This document shows, in pieces, positions 35,811 through 46,200 of a stretch of DNA of 64,000 nt (position 1 is the stretch's first letter; every line of letters begins with the position of its first letter). The position numbers were made by a program, and so were the translations under genes. The notes below the pieces were generated by a model that was given only the letters and a program-made list of their open reading frames with translations, had not been told where the DNA came from and ran no database searches. The DNA is taken from the IMG/VR virus record IMGVR_UViG_3300037280_000066, positions 54,061-118,060 of that record. One strand, written 5' to 3'. The stretch comes from a virus. Its lineage: Duplodnaviria > Heunggongvirae > Uroviricota > Caudoviricetes.

Positions 35811-38519
35811 TTATGTAATTGAATTTAGTGCATCTCTCATATTGAGATAATAACTTGCCACTAATATAGGGTCACCTGTATTCATTGCAGGTGGTATTGT
35901 ATTTCCACCAGTAAAATACGCAGATAATCCATTTAAAGCATTTCTTGCTTCATTAAAAATTTCTTTTGTGAAAACTGTTTCACTACCTACTGTGGTAAAT
36001 GAAGCATTTCCTAGTCCTTTATATACTCTAAAAGCATTTATCTTTGTTGTAAAATTATTCCACTCTGTTGCAGTAAGTGGATAAAGAGTTTTTGTAACTA
36101 AATTTGTGCTATAAATATTTCCACCAGAAGATATAGAAGTTGTCCAATACCAATTATTTGGTCTATCAGTAAAATTAACATTGTAGGTTGAAGACCATGC
36201 ACTATAAACTACATTTCCTAAACCATCATCATTAACAGACCTTAATCTAAAATAATGCAACCCATAATATCCAGTATCTAAACTATAGCTTGTATTAGCT
36301 TGATGAACCCAATCAATTGAACCCCAATTTACTCCATCAGAAGACATATCAATATCTGTATAATTTTGATTTGTTCCTTTAGTAAAGGATATGTTTACAT
36401 ATTGTGTATATCCTGACTGTGTGAAACTAATATTTGATGGCAAACTTGGAGTTGGTAAAGCATTAGTATATGGTGAAATATTATATGAACTAGCAGAATA
36501 AAATCCTGTAGTTCCATGATAACTCCAACATTGAATTTCATATTGTGTATTAGGAGTTAATCCAGTAAGTGTAACAGATAAACTACCTCCATAATCAGTA
36601 CTAGTACTAAATCCACTACCACTTCCATACACCCTATATCTCCATTCTACTGCTGAATAATTTCCTGTTAATCCTGTTGCTGTTAAAGCAATTGTATATG
36701 TGGTCTTTGTACCAATAGTAATACCAGTAGGTGTTTTAGGTGCAGTTGTAGCAGCATTTTCACCAGTGTATCCACTAGATGGTTTATCATAACTACTTCT
36801 ACCTCTAATCTTAAACCAATACTTTGTACCACCTGTTAATCCAGTAATTTGATAAGTTAATCCATATATATAATCTATGGTATTCCATGTTGAACTTCCA
36901 TCAAGTCTATATGCTATTTGATAATAATCACAATAACTTCCTGCTGTCCACTTTAAATTAAATCCACCATTTACCCTTGGTGTAACACTATCTAAAAGAA
37001 CATCACCAGGGGTTTGTGGATAGTTTCCTGTAGTAAATGTTTGACTATAACTTGGTACAATGCTATAACTATCAACACTATTTACTTGCCAACATCTATA
37101 ATTATATGTAGTATTTGGTTTTAACCAAAACATATCAACTACTGTTCCAGATGTTGCCATAAATCCATTACTAGGATTTATTTCATTAGCTAATTCAGAT
37201 GAATCTCCACCTACACATAAATATAAATCTGTTTGATACATTAAACTTATTATGTTTAAATCAATACTATTATAATATTGAGAACCTTTACCATACCAAT
37301 TATAATCTGTATTTATACAGTCTGCTCTTGTTGTTAAGTCACCACCACATCCCATAGATTCATATAATTCTTCCATAGTGATAGCTTCAACTGTTGTCCA
37401 TAGTCCATCAAAATATTGTGTTTCATAATTTAACCTTACCCAAGCGTAATAAATCCAACCATTTGAATCAATAGTTGTTTCCCATAATCCACCATAAGTA
37501 TAACTACTAGTACTTCCCATAGCAGAATTGGATTTTGTTTCAATTAAAAAATCAGGACTTGATGTTGCATCATCTCTAACAAAACTTATACCACTACCTG
37601 ATAATGCACTATTTGTTTGGCTTATCCAACTATTTACTGCATTACTATATCTAGTCCTAGTTCCTGATGGATGTGAAGGGTCATAAGATAGTTTAACTTT
37701 ATATGTACCTACATCCCATAAATTAAAAGTATAATAAGGAGGACTTTGAGGAAATCCATAAGCTTGCCCCCAATATACTCCAAATTCATAATCTCTTGCG
37801 GCACTATTATAAAATATATCTATTGTTTCTTGTGAATATGCATTATATGGAGCAGGTACACCACCAGATTTTTGAAATTCTAATACATGGTGACTAACAC
37901 TATCATAACTAGTGAAAGTAAAATCATTAGTAGTTGAATTAAAACTACCTGATGGAGCAGACATTGTATTTAAAGTTACAGAACCTGACCAAAAATACCA
38001 ATTCCAAGTATATGGGCCTCCTGATGGACTTGTTAATGTCATTCTTATTAATTGAGTATATGTATATCCAGTTGCTAAAGTAGGTGTCCAATGCCAATAA
38101 CTTTGATTTCCACTACTAGACCAATAATCTGAACCTGCGGCATTCCATGCATTATCAAAACTTGTACCATCATAAACACTACCTATTCCATAACGTAAAG
38201 TCATTGATGTAATATTAGAGTATGTTCTTGTTTGTCCATCATCATCTACAACAGTTGGAAATCTACCCATTGAAAAAAATCCATCTAATCCTGCTTGTGT
38301 AATTTTTAAATATAGACCTTGACCTCCATAAGGCTGTGTTATGACTGTACTACTTCCACTTCCACCACTACTATTACCATTTGAACCAACAGAACAGAAT
38401 CCCAAACCTGATGAACCACTATCACTACTTGCTCCTGATGAACCATATTTTTTTGTAATAGGTAAATTTCTTTCACGTTTTGGAATTCTTTCTTTTATTT
38501 TAATTTCATTTTCTTCCAT
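35811..38519 (-). CDS. tail-tip-associated protein with fibronectin type III domains and a zincin-like segment
   Basis: Fn3 motifs (LKW...YQIAYR...GLTGGTKYWFKIRG, GLTPNTQYEIQC). Central YGGLW...AITMEELYESMG. Directly downstream of the Tal-like gene. Confidence 0.65.
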   Translation of the reverse strand: MEENEIKIKERIPKRERNLPITKKYGSSGASSDSGSSGLGFCSVGSNGNSSGGSGSSTVITQPYGGQGLYLKITQAGLDGFFSMGRFPTVVDDDGQTRTYSNITSMTLRYGIGSVYDGTSFDNAWNAAGSDYWSSSGNQSYWHWTPTLATGYTYTQLIRMTLTSPSGGPYTWNWYFWSGSVTLNTMSAPSGSFNSTTNDFTFTSYDSVSHHVLEFQKSGGVPAPYNAYSQETIDIFYNSAARDYEFGVYWGQAYGFPQSPPYYTFNLWDVGTYKVKLSYDPSHPSGTRTRYSNAVNSWISQTNSALSGSGISFVRDDATSSPDFLIETKSNSAMGSTSSYTYGGLWETTIDSNGWIYYAWVRLNYETQYFDGLWTTVEAITMEELYESMGCGGDLTTRADCINTDYNWYGKGSQYYNSIDLNIISLMYQTDLYLCVGGDSSELANEINPSNGFMATSGTVVDMFWLKPNTTYNYRCWQVNSVDSYSIVPSYSQTFTTGNYPQTPGDVLLDSVTPRVNGGFNLKWTAGSYCDYYQIAYRLDGSSTWNTIDYIYGLTYQITGLTGGTKYWFKIRGRSSYDKPSSGYTGENAATTAPKTPTGITIGTKTTYTIALTATGLTGNYSAVEWRYRVYGSGSGFSTSTDYGGSLSVTLTGLTPNTQYEIQCWSYHGTTGFYSASSYNISPYTNALPTPSLPSNISFTQSGYTQYVNISFTKGTNQNYTDIDMSSDGVNWGSIDWVHQANTSYSLDTGYYGLHYFRLRSVNDDGLGNVVYSAWSSTYNVNFTDRPNNWYWTTSISSGGNIYSTNLVTKTLYPLTATEWNNFTTKINAFRVYKGLGNASFTTVGSETVFTKEIFNEARNALNGLSAYFTGGNTIPPAMNTGDPILVASYYLNMRDALNSIT

Positions 38520-38546
38520 TTGTTACCTCCTTTCCTTCGTTATTAT

Positions 38547-41500
38547 TTAAGCAAACTTAACTTGAAATCCTTCTACTGTACAACTAGAAAAACTCCATGT
38601 GCCTAATGCATATGTTTTACCTTGTGTGTTATTATATCCTAATATATCATCTGAATAACCTTTTAATTTAACAACACCAACTAAACCATCTGTATTTTCT
38701 ATTCTGAAAAATTCAATATCACTATTGTACATTACTAAATCTGAAACAGATGGTACAAGGCAAGTTCCATTTTTCTTATTGTCACTTCCATAAGTAAATA
38801 ATCCTGCTCCACTTAATACTATCCTACTGTTTCCAGATGTAGCTGTTTGCATAGTAATACCTGTAATAGTTCCTGATGTTATATCAGATGCATTTAAAGT
38901 TCCTCTTACATTTAATGCTGAACCTGTCCACTCTATAAAATTATTAGAATCTCCATTAAATTTAAATTTACCATCATTCTTAATGTAAGCATTCCAACCA
39001 GTAGAAGAACTATTTCCATTATGGAATCCTATATAATCACTTCCCATATATAGTCCTGCTACACTAGGATTTCCCATAGATGTTGAAGGTTTTACTCTAC
39101 TTATTACATCATTACTACTATCTAAAGCACTATACGCTCTTCCTGCTCCTGTAACTTGATTTACAGTAGTTTTATTATACGTTGTACCATTAGGAACATC
39201 ATCTAAGTTATTTTTAGTAGCCAATCCTCCTGCATCACTGAAATTAGAAATACCAGTTGCACTTGTAATAGTAATACTTCCTACTAAACTTAAATTACCT
39301 GAACCATCTACTGATAATACATTTGACCATGAACTTCCACCATTTGAAGATTTTTGTACTTGTAATCCTCCACTATTTAAAATAGTTCTACTGGTTACTC
39401 CATTATTAGTACAAGATAATCCTTTTATAGTTCCTGTTCTAGAAATAAGAATATTATCATATAAATTAGCAGAATCTAACTGAACACTATTTCCTGCTTG
39501 GTCTTTTACTGTACTAGCTGAAACTCCTGCTACTGTACCTAAAACATCACCATTAAATGATACAGATGCTGATGGTCTGTAAGGATTTTCACCTGCATAT
39601 GTAGATTTATTAATAGCAGACCTTAAAACACCAATTGCATTTACATCAGGGTCAACAATTCTATAGGCTTGAACTCCAAATGTATAATATTGGTCTACAG
39701 GAACTCCATATAATATGAATGCTCTCTTCTCAGGAGTAACATAAAATATTTGTTCATTAGCTGTATTTGTACCAAAAGCATAAACAGATGATGCTGTTGA
39801 TTGATATACATAAACAATAAACCCATCAATATCATTAGCATTACCATTTTGATTAGTGAATTGCCATTCAAAACTCACATTAGATGTACTGTCTGTATTT
39901 ACAGTATGGTCTATACAAGTTCCATCAAGTAAAATAGCAGGTAATGTTGGTGTTGCAGATAATCTATCATTTCTATTATCAAAATTCAATACTGTATTTT
40001 GAACTTGTGTTGCACTCTTTGTTCCTACAGCATCAGTATTTAAAGCATTTCCACCTTTAGTTGTTGAGTTTGCAAAGTTAAAATCTACATTTCCAGAAGG
40101 TAAATTGTTGCCTGTGCCTGAAAACTTATTCCATGCACTTGCCCCATTTATAGCATTAGTTAACAATGTTGACATAGGTGTTGAGCCTATCAATCCACCT
40201 GTCATACTAATGTTTCCTGATATTTGAAGATTACCATTATTGTCAACATAAAACACATCAATAGGTGTTGCCCCTATTGTAGATTGGATTTTGATTCCAC
40301 TTGTAGGGTCAACAATTATTCTGTTTTTATTATTCCATGTTGTCATATTTAATCTCATATCACTACAAAGAATAGTATCTGCATTTATTTCTACGCTTCC
40401 ACCAGTATTTGTTAATGTCCATAAATGGTCACAAAATATTCCATCTCCTGTTATTGCTGTACTGTATGTTGAGAAATTATCTTTGGACATAACAATCTTA
40501 TTATCCATAACTCTCATTGCCCCACCTGCACCATCAATACTCCTTGCAAACATTCCTCTTCTTTCAAGAATTACTGTTGCTTGGTCTAATTCAATTGGTT
40601 GAGCAGATACATCAATAGGTGAATTAATATAATCATTAATAGCATCTTTATCATTTTGATAATCTTTATATGTGTCTCTCTCAGTATCCACTGTAGTAGC
40701 AGTCTGCTTACTTTTTGTAAAAATAGCAGTAATATAGTTTAAATCATCATTGTAATAAGTTTTATTTGATACTGTTAATGATAACTGATTGGTATCAAAA
40801 TTATGTGTATATGCAGTAATTCTAGGTTTAGATTGAATGTCAAAATCTTCAAATAATAAATCTATTTTTGCCCCTAACACTAATTTATCCCAAGTATAAT
40901 TTTCATCAGCACAATTCAACACATCTACAATGCTTACATCAAACTCTATAGGAGGTTGAGATTTTATAGCCAATACATCTTTACCAAACATGTAAAGGTC
41001 TTTAGCATCCTCAGTATTACATTTAGCATTATCTTCATTAACAAACATAAACAATTCTTGTAATTGAGCAGTACTAAAGTTAGCAAGATTTGTATATGAA
41101 AGTTGACTAGCTACTCCATAAATATTAGCTGTAACTGCATCTATTTCTGCTTTTTTGCTATTTATTAAGCCTTGTTGAGTTGCTATTGCTGTTTTTGCAA
41201 TTGCTTCTTGAGAATACCAATAATTGTAATCATGACCATTTGTTATAGGTGCTTTAGTTCTAATTATTGTATCTTCATTATTTTGGATATTCAATAAATT
41301 AGTCTGTAATTTATATAATCCAGTTGTTGGATTTTGATATAAGTCAAGAGATTCAGCTTGTTTTGCTAATAGTTGAGTTTGATATGTTGCAAAAGTACTA
41401 GCATAAGTTATTAATTTAGCATCATATGCAGTCAAAGCATCAAGTAAAGATTGACTCATATATTGTGTTGTTCTAAAGAATGTGAAGTTATCTACATAAT

Positions 41501-42320
41501 CTTGACCTGTAGGATTTGCTCCACTCATAGTTGCATCTTTATCACCTTGAACATATAGTCTAGTTACTATTTCATCAATCTTGATTTTCTCTTGTAGTTG
41601 TTTTATGTAATTAGAATCATGTAATATCAATCCTGTTTCATTAGGTAAATCATCATAATCTCTAATTTGTATAGTACGATTAACAGTATCAAAGAAGAAA
41701 ATACAGTTGAAATTTTGTTCAATTTCATGGAAAGTTTCCATCACTGTTTTTTCACTAATGTCAAAAGTTCTATAAATACCTGATAAACTAGAAGACATAT
41801 AACTTACACTCCATGTATTTTGAAGTTTAGTTTGAAGAATATAATCTACCATACCACCTTTGGTTTTATCAGTAGGGTCAAATGTTTGATTATTATATAT
41901 CATTCTAGTAGCAACAAAATCACCTGTTGTGTTTGTGCTAAATTTTCTGATTCTAACTTTATTCATTTTATATTCTAATGAATAACAACTTACTTTCTTT
42001 GTTTCTTTATCTCCACCACTTCTTTCAGTTTGATATATATGGAAGTATTGTTGTTCCTTCAAAGTATCATCTATATACGATTGAAGCAAAATTACTGTTC
42101 CAGATTTCACTAAATCAAAATTTTCATTTTTAGTACTCTTAATATCATTCCAATAATAAGGTAAAGTAAATTCTAATTCATCAATATTCATTAATTGACG
42201 TTTTAATGTTATACCATAAGAACAATCACTTAAACAAGCCATTATACTATATGGAGCAACTGGCTTACATAAAAATATTTGATATGTAAACTCACTACCT
42301 TTTATTATATCTCCTAGCAT
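38547..42320 (-). CDS. tail spike / prophage-endopeptidase-like (Tal/hub) protein
   Basis: Follows Dit. DEIVTRLYVQG, NPTGQDYVDNFTFF, SQPPIEFDVSIVD, LVLGAKI, NQLSLTVSN. Confidence 0.75.
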   Translation of the reverse strand: MLGDIIKGSEFTYQIFLCKPVAPYSIMACLSDCSYGITLKRQLMNIDELEFTLPYYWNDIKSTKNENFDLVKSGTVILLQSYIDDTLKEQQYFHIYQTERSGGDKETKKVSCYSLEYKMNKVRIRKFSTNTTGDFVATRMIYNNQTFDPTDKTKGGMVDYILQTKLQNTWSVSYMSSSLSGIYRTFDISEKTVMETFHEIEQNFNCIFFFDTVNRTIQIRDYDDLPNETGLILHDSNYIKQLQEKIKIDEIVTRLYVQGDKDATMSGANPTGQDYVDNFTFFRTTQYMSQSLLDALTAYDAKLITYASTFATYQTQLLAKQAESLDLYQNPTTGLYKLQTNLLNIQNNEDTIIRTKAPITNGHDYNYWYSQEAIAKTAIATQQGLINSKKAEIDAVTANIYGVASQLSYTNLANFSTAQLQELFMFVNEDNAKCNTEDAKDLYMFGKDVLAIKSQPPIEFDVSIVDVLNCADENYTWDKLVLGAKIDLLFEDFDIQSKPRITAYTHNFDTNQLSLTVSNKTYYNDDLNYITAIFTKSKQTATTVDTERDTYKDYQNDKDAINDYINSPIDVSAQPIELDQATVILERRGMFARSIDGAGGAMRVMDNKIVMSKDNFSTYSTAITGDGIFCDHLWTLTNTGGSVEINADTILCSDMRLNMTTWNNKNRIIVDPTSGIKIQSTIGATPIDVFYVDNNGNLQISGNISMTGGLIGSTPMSTLLTNAINGASAWNKFSGTGNNLPSGNVDFNFANSTTKGGNALNTDAVGTKSATQVQNTVLNFDNRNDRLSATPTLPAILLDGTCIDHTVNTDSTSNVSFEWQFTNQNGNANDIDGFIVYVYQSTASSVYAFGTNTANEQIFYVTPEKRAFILYGVPVDQYYTFGVQAYRIVDPDVNAIGVLRSAINKSTYAGENPYRPSASVSFNGDVLGTVAGVSASTVKDQAGNSVQLDSANLYDNILISRTGTIKGLSCTNNGVTSRTILNSGGLQVQKSSNGGSSWSNVLSVDGSGNLSLVGSITITSATGISNFSDAGGLATKNNLDDVPNGTTYNKTTVNQVTGAGRAYSALDSSNDVISRVKPSTSMGNPSVAGLYMGSDYIGFHNGNSSSTGWNAYIKNDGKFKFNGDSNNFIEWTGSALNVRGTLNASDITSGTITGITMQTATSGNSRIVLSGAGLFTYGSDNKKNGTCLVPSVSDLVMYNSDIEFFRIENTDGLVGVVKLKGYSDDILGYNNTQGKTYALGTWSFSSCTVEGFQVKFA

Positions 42321-42336
42321 TCCTTTTCACCTCGCT

Positions 42337-43116
42337 TTACATAAATACAGGAAAATTACATCTTACATTTATTATGCATTTTCCAGTGACTTGAATTGTA
42401 TTTTGACCAGTTACTAACCTTAACCAATTCAAATTGAAACTATCAAATTTATAAAGTCCTGTACTCGAAATAAGTTGTTTTTTACTATTGTTTATATATA
42501 TTGTCTCTCCTGTTGATAATCCTGTTAATGCTGTTATCCTACCTCCATCACTTAAGTTCATTAATGATACTGATGTTGCTGTATCAACTAAAGTTATTTC
42601 AATTTCAGGATAATAATAATCATTTACATTTGAAAAATTACCCAATTGAATATTTGTAGTTGTAGTATTTGTGCTTAAATTAAATGCTTGTATAGATGTT
42701 GGTAGAAAGGCATATGGGTATTTACATTTAAATTCCACATCAATATAACCTTCATTTAATCCATTTGTGATAAAATCAACTTTAGATGTTGCCATACAAT
42801 ATAAGATTTTATCAGTATTATCGTCTGATATAAAAGGTTTATATGTATTTTGGAATAACCAATTTCCAATTTGGTATAATTTATCTTTATCAAAAGCATC
42901 TTCAAGTGGTGCAAAAGTTAATGTAAAAGTTAACTGTTGCATTTTTGTTCTATAAAAATATGGTGATTCTGCTCTACTTGGATATTCATCTAAAATTTCC
43001 TTGGGAGAAACATATACCACAGGAAATAATCCACTATCTTTACGCACTATACTAATTCCCATATCTTCACTTCTAATACCATTATATTCAAATAATGTTG
43101 AAATCATAAAATCCAC
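42337..43116 (-). CDS. distal tail protein (Dit)
   Basis: FEYNGIRSEDMGI, LTFTL, WLFQNTYKPFISDD, FKCKYPYA, NWLRLVTGQNTI. Directly after the TMP. Confidence 0.8.
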   Translation of the reverse strand: MDFMISTLFEYNGIRSEDMGISIVRKDSGLFPVVYVSPKEILDEYPSRAESPYFYRTKMQQLTFTLTFAPLEDAFDKDKLYQIGNWLFQNTYKPFISDDNTDKILYCMATSKVDFITNGLNEGYIDVEFKCKYPYAFLPTSIQAFNLSTNTTTTNIQLGNFSNVNDYYYPEIEITLVDTATSVSLMNLSDGGRITALTGLSTGETIYINNSKKQLISSTGLYKFDSFNLNWLRLVTGQNTIQVTGKCIINVRCNFPVFM

Positions 43117-43182
43117 CTTTCCTTTCTTTTATTTTAATTTCTAAAACATACATATAAGTATATAAGAATTATATAGATGTTT

Positions 43183-43219
43183 TAAAAATTAAAGACAGGG
43201 TAAGGGCAACCCTGTCTTT
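43183..43219 (-). terminator. hairpin / intrinsic terminator between tape measure and Dit genes
   Basis: AAAGACAGGGT / ACCCTGTCTTT 11-bp stem (43191-43219), U-rich tail on the - strand. Confidence 0.65.
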
Positions 43220-43224
43220 AGAAA

Positions 43225-46200
43225 CTATCTATATATTCCACCCTTGTTAAGCAGTTTTTTAATTTCTCCTGCAATATTACCAGTTTCTTTCTTTAAGCTA
43301 TTCACAGTAGATGCATCTGCGTTTCCATCTATATTTATCTCTACATTTATATCTCCATAATTTCCTGTTGCAGGTGTGTTTGCAGATTTCACACTAAAAT
43401 TAGGAACAAACTTAGTAGCTAAATTCGTAATAAAATTTGTCATTTGATTAGAACTTAACGCATATTTTGATTGATTAAATGTATTAGTTGCATTACTAAT
43501 ATCGTTAATGTTATGATTAGAATTCATCGCATTGCTAACATCACTGGTATTATGATTATGATTAGAATTAGTTGCATTCCTAATATCACTAATATTACTA
43601 GTATTATCATTTAAATTAGTAGCATCACTAATATTGCTAGTGTTATCATTATTCATATTATTAATAGAATTTCCTCCAATATTACTATTGGAACTATTAT
43701 TGATTTTATGATTATTTTTAACATTAGTATTAGCATCACTAATATTATGATTGTTAATATTTGTATTAGTATCATTAACACTATGATTACTATTACCATT
43801 ATGATTATTAACATTACTATTAACATCATTAATACTATGATTATTAATATTTGTTTTATTAACATTCTTATCATTAACAACATTGTTAATATCATTTTTG
43901 TTATTACTAACATCATGATTATTATTAATATTATTTTGATTAGTATTGTTAACATTATGATTCACATCATTAACCTTTTGATTAGTATGATTTATATGAT
44001 TTACATCATTTTTATTACTAACATTATGGTCAACATTATTACTAATATCAGTATCAATATTATGATTATGCATGATATCATTTTTTGATTGAGTGTTATT
44101 ATTAGTCAAATCATTTTTTGTATTACTATGATTTGATATATACCCATTCGTGATATCATTTTTGTTATGATTATTAACTAAGTCATTTTTTACAGAACTA
44201 TTATTATGATTATCAACAAATTCATTTGTGGCATTGTTATGTTTAGTATTATAATCATTTTTATTGTTGTTAGTATTATTATGAGTAGTATAATCATTAT
44301 TATGAGTATTGCTATTATGGTTAGTCGCATAATCGTTATTATTAGTATTGTTATTATGATTAGTTGTATAATCATTTTTAACATTAGAAACTTGAGATTT
44401 ATCAGGAATGTTTTCTTTATGGTCTGATGCTAAATTTTTAACAAGTTTAGTCATTTGACCAGAATTCAACACATATTCAGGTTCTTGCTCAGTTCCATGT
44501 AGATTATATAAACCAGTTTTTGTAACAGCCCCATTCTCAATACCTTTAGCATAACTACCTAATGATTGTGGAGTATATTGAGCTTCTTGGTCTTCATGAA
44601 GTTTTTGAGCGTAAGTATCTGCTTCTTGATATGTCTTAAATTTACCCAAATACTTTCCTGTTTTATAATAAGTGTCTCTGGCTTCTTTATCAGTCATTAT
44701 TCTGCCATCATCTGATACAGTAGGAACTAATATTTCCATTCCACTATCTTCATCCTCAAAGCTCATAGAACGCACTGTACTGAAAGAACCATCTGAATTC
44801 TTAACAACTGGTCTACTATTTAAATCTATGTTACCTGCTCCATAGTAAGGCTGTTTAGGTGCAGGGGTTGGTGCAACTGATGGTGTTACTGTTTTTACAG
44901 TTGATGATGCTGTAGTTGTTTCCTTCACACCTGTTGTAGATGTTCTCATATAACCTTGATAATCACCAGAAGTGATATCAGGATACTTAGCTCTTAAATC
45001 TTCTGCTTCTTGGTGATATGATTTTTGCATATCTTGAATCTGTTTTTTCCAAGTTGCATCAGAATCATAATATCCTGCATCTAAGTTTTTCTGTAAATCC
45101 ATATATTGTTTCTGCAAAGTACCTACACGTTGTTTAGCATTTTCAGAATCTGAATATATAGGAACATCCTTTTGATTAGAAATCGTATTATTAACAGCCT
45201 GATTTGCACCATTAATAGCAGTTTGTGCAGGTGAAGGAGGTGCTGTTACAGCAGGAGTACCTTGAGCATTAGGAATTAAACTCCCACCACTAAGAGTGTT
45301 AATATCTATTAATGCTTTCTTAGCATTTTCAAGTTTTGCTAAGAAATCCCTATCTATCTTATCTCCTAATAACTTTAAACCATCTCCAAATGTTCTTGAA
45401 AATGTTGTATATAAAGTTTGAACTGATGTTATTTTAGTTCCAGATTCTTCTAATTTTCCAGTGAAGTTAGTTAGATTATCTCTAACTGGTTTCATAGCTT
45501 TATCAAATTCCTCTGTAGTCTTAGCTAACATAGCATTACGAGCAATAGCGGCTACATTTTCGTCAAATAACTGTTCATCAATTGTAGTCTTTTTAAGGTC
45601 AGTTTCCTTCTGTAATCCTGCTTTTTGGTCATTATAATTGTTTGTGATAAGTTCTCTATTACGTTTAGTCTTCAAATCGTCAATTTTTAAATCTTGGTCT
45701 TTCATTTGCTTTTCGAGTTCTTTACGTTTTTGATAACCTTCAAAACTACTATCTGCCATAATAGCATTAAGTTTTTGTTGAATGACTTGCTTTTCATCAG
45801 TTTGAACTTTTAAGTCTTTACCATAATCTTCTGTTGCATTCTCTCTATCAAAAGCTTTTAACTTTTCATCAACATAATCATTATAGTCTTTCAACTTTTT
45901 ATCAAGAATTTCTTTCTCTTTTGTAGCACCCTTTTTGATAATATCCTGTATTGCAGTCTCAGTATCTGTAATGTCTTGCAGTTTAGTATCATTAAGTTCT
46001 TTCATTTGAGCTTTTAATTCTTCTGATGTTCCTGCCACACTATCTTTTAGAGCATCTTGCTTATCTCTATATTCTTGTGTGCTAGTAATAGTTTTATCAG
46101 TCACAGCATTAACTTTGTTAAGTTCAGCAGTCTGTTTTGCAAGAAATGCAGTAGTTAACACAATCATATCTTGACGATTTTTTTCCTTACCTGCAAAATC

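Noticed and set aside
43653-44427. Ile/Met-rich ORFs (43653..43955, 43708..44088, 44190..44384, 44206..44427)
   Set aside because: Alternative-frame or antisense products of the Asn-rich TMP repeat. They look hydrophobic only because of AAT/ATT codons.
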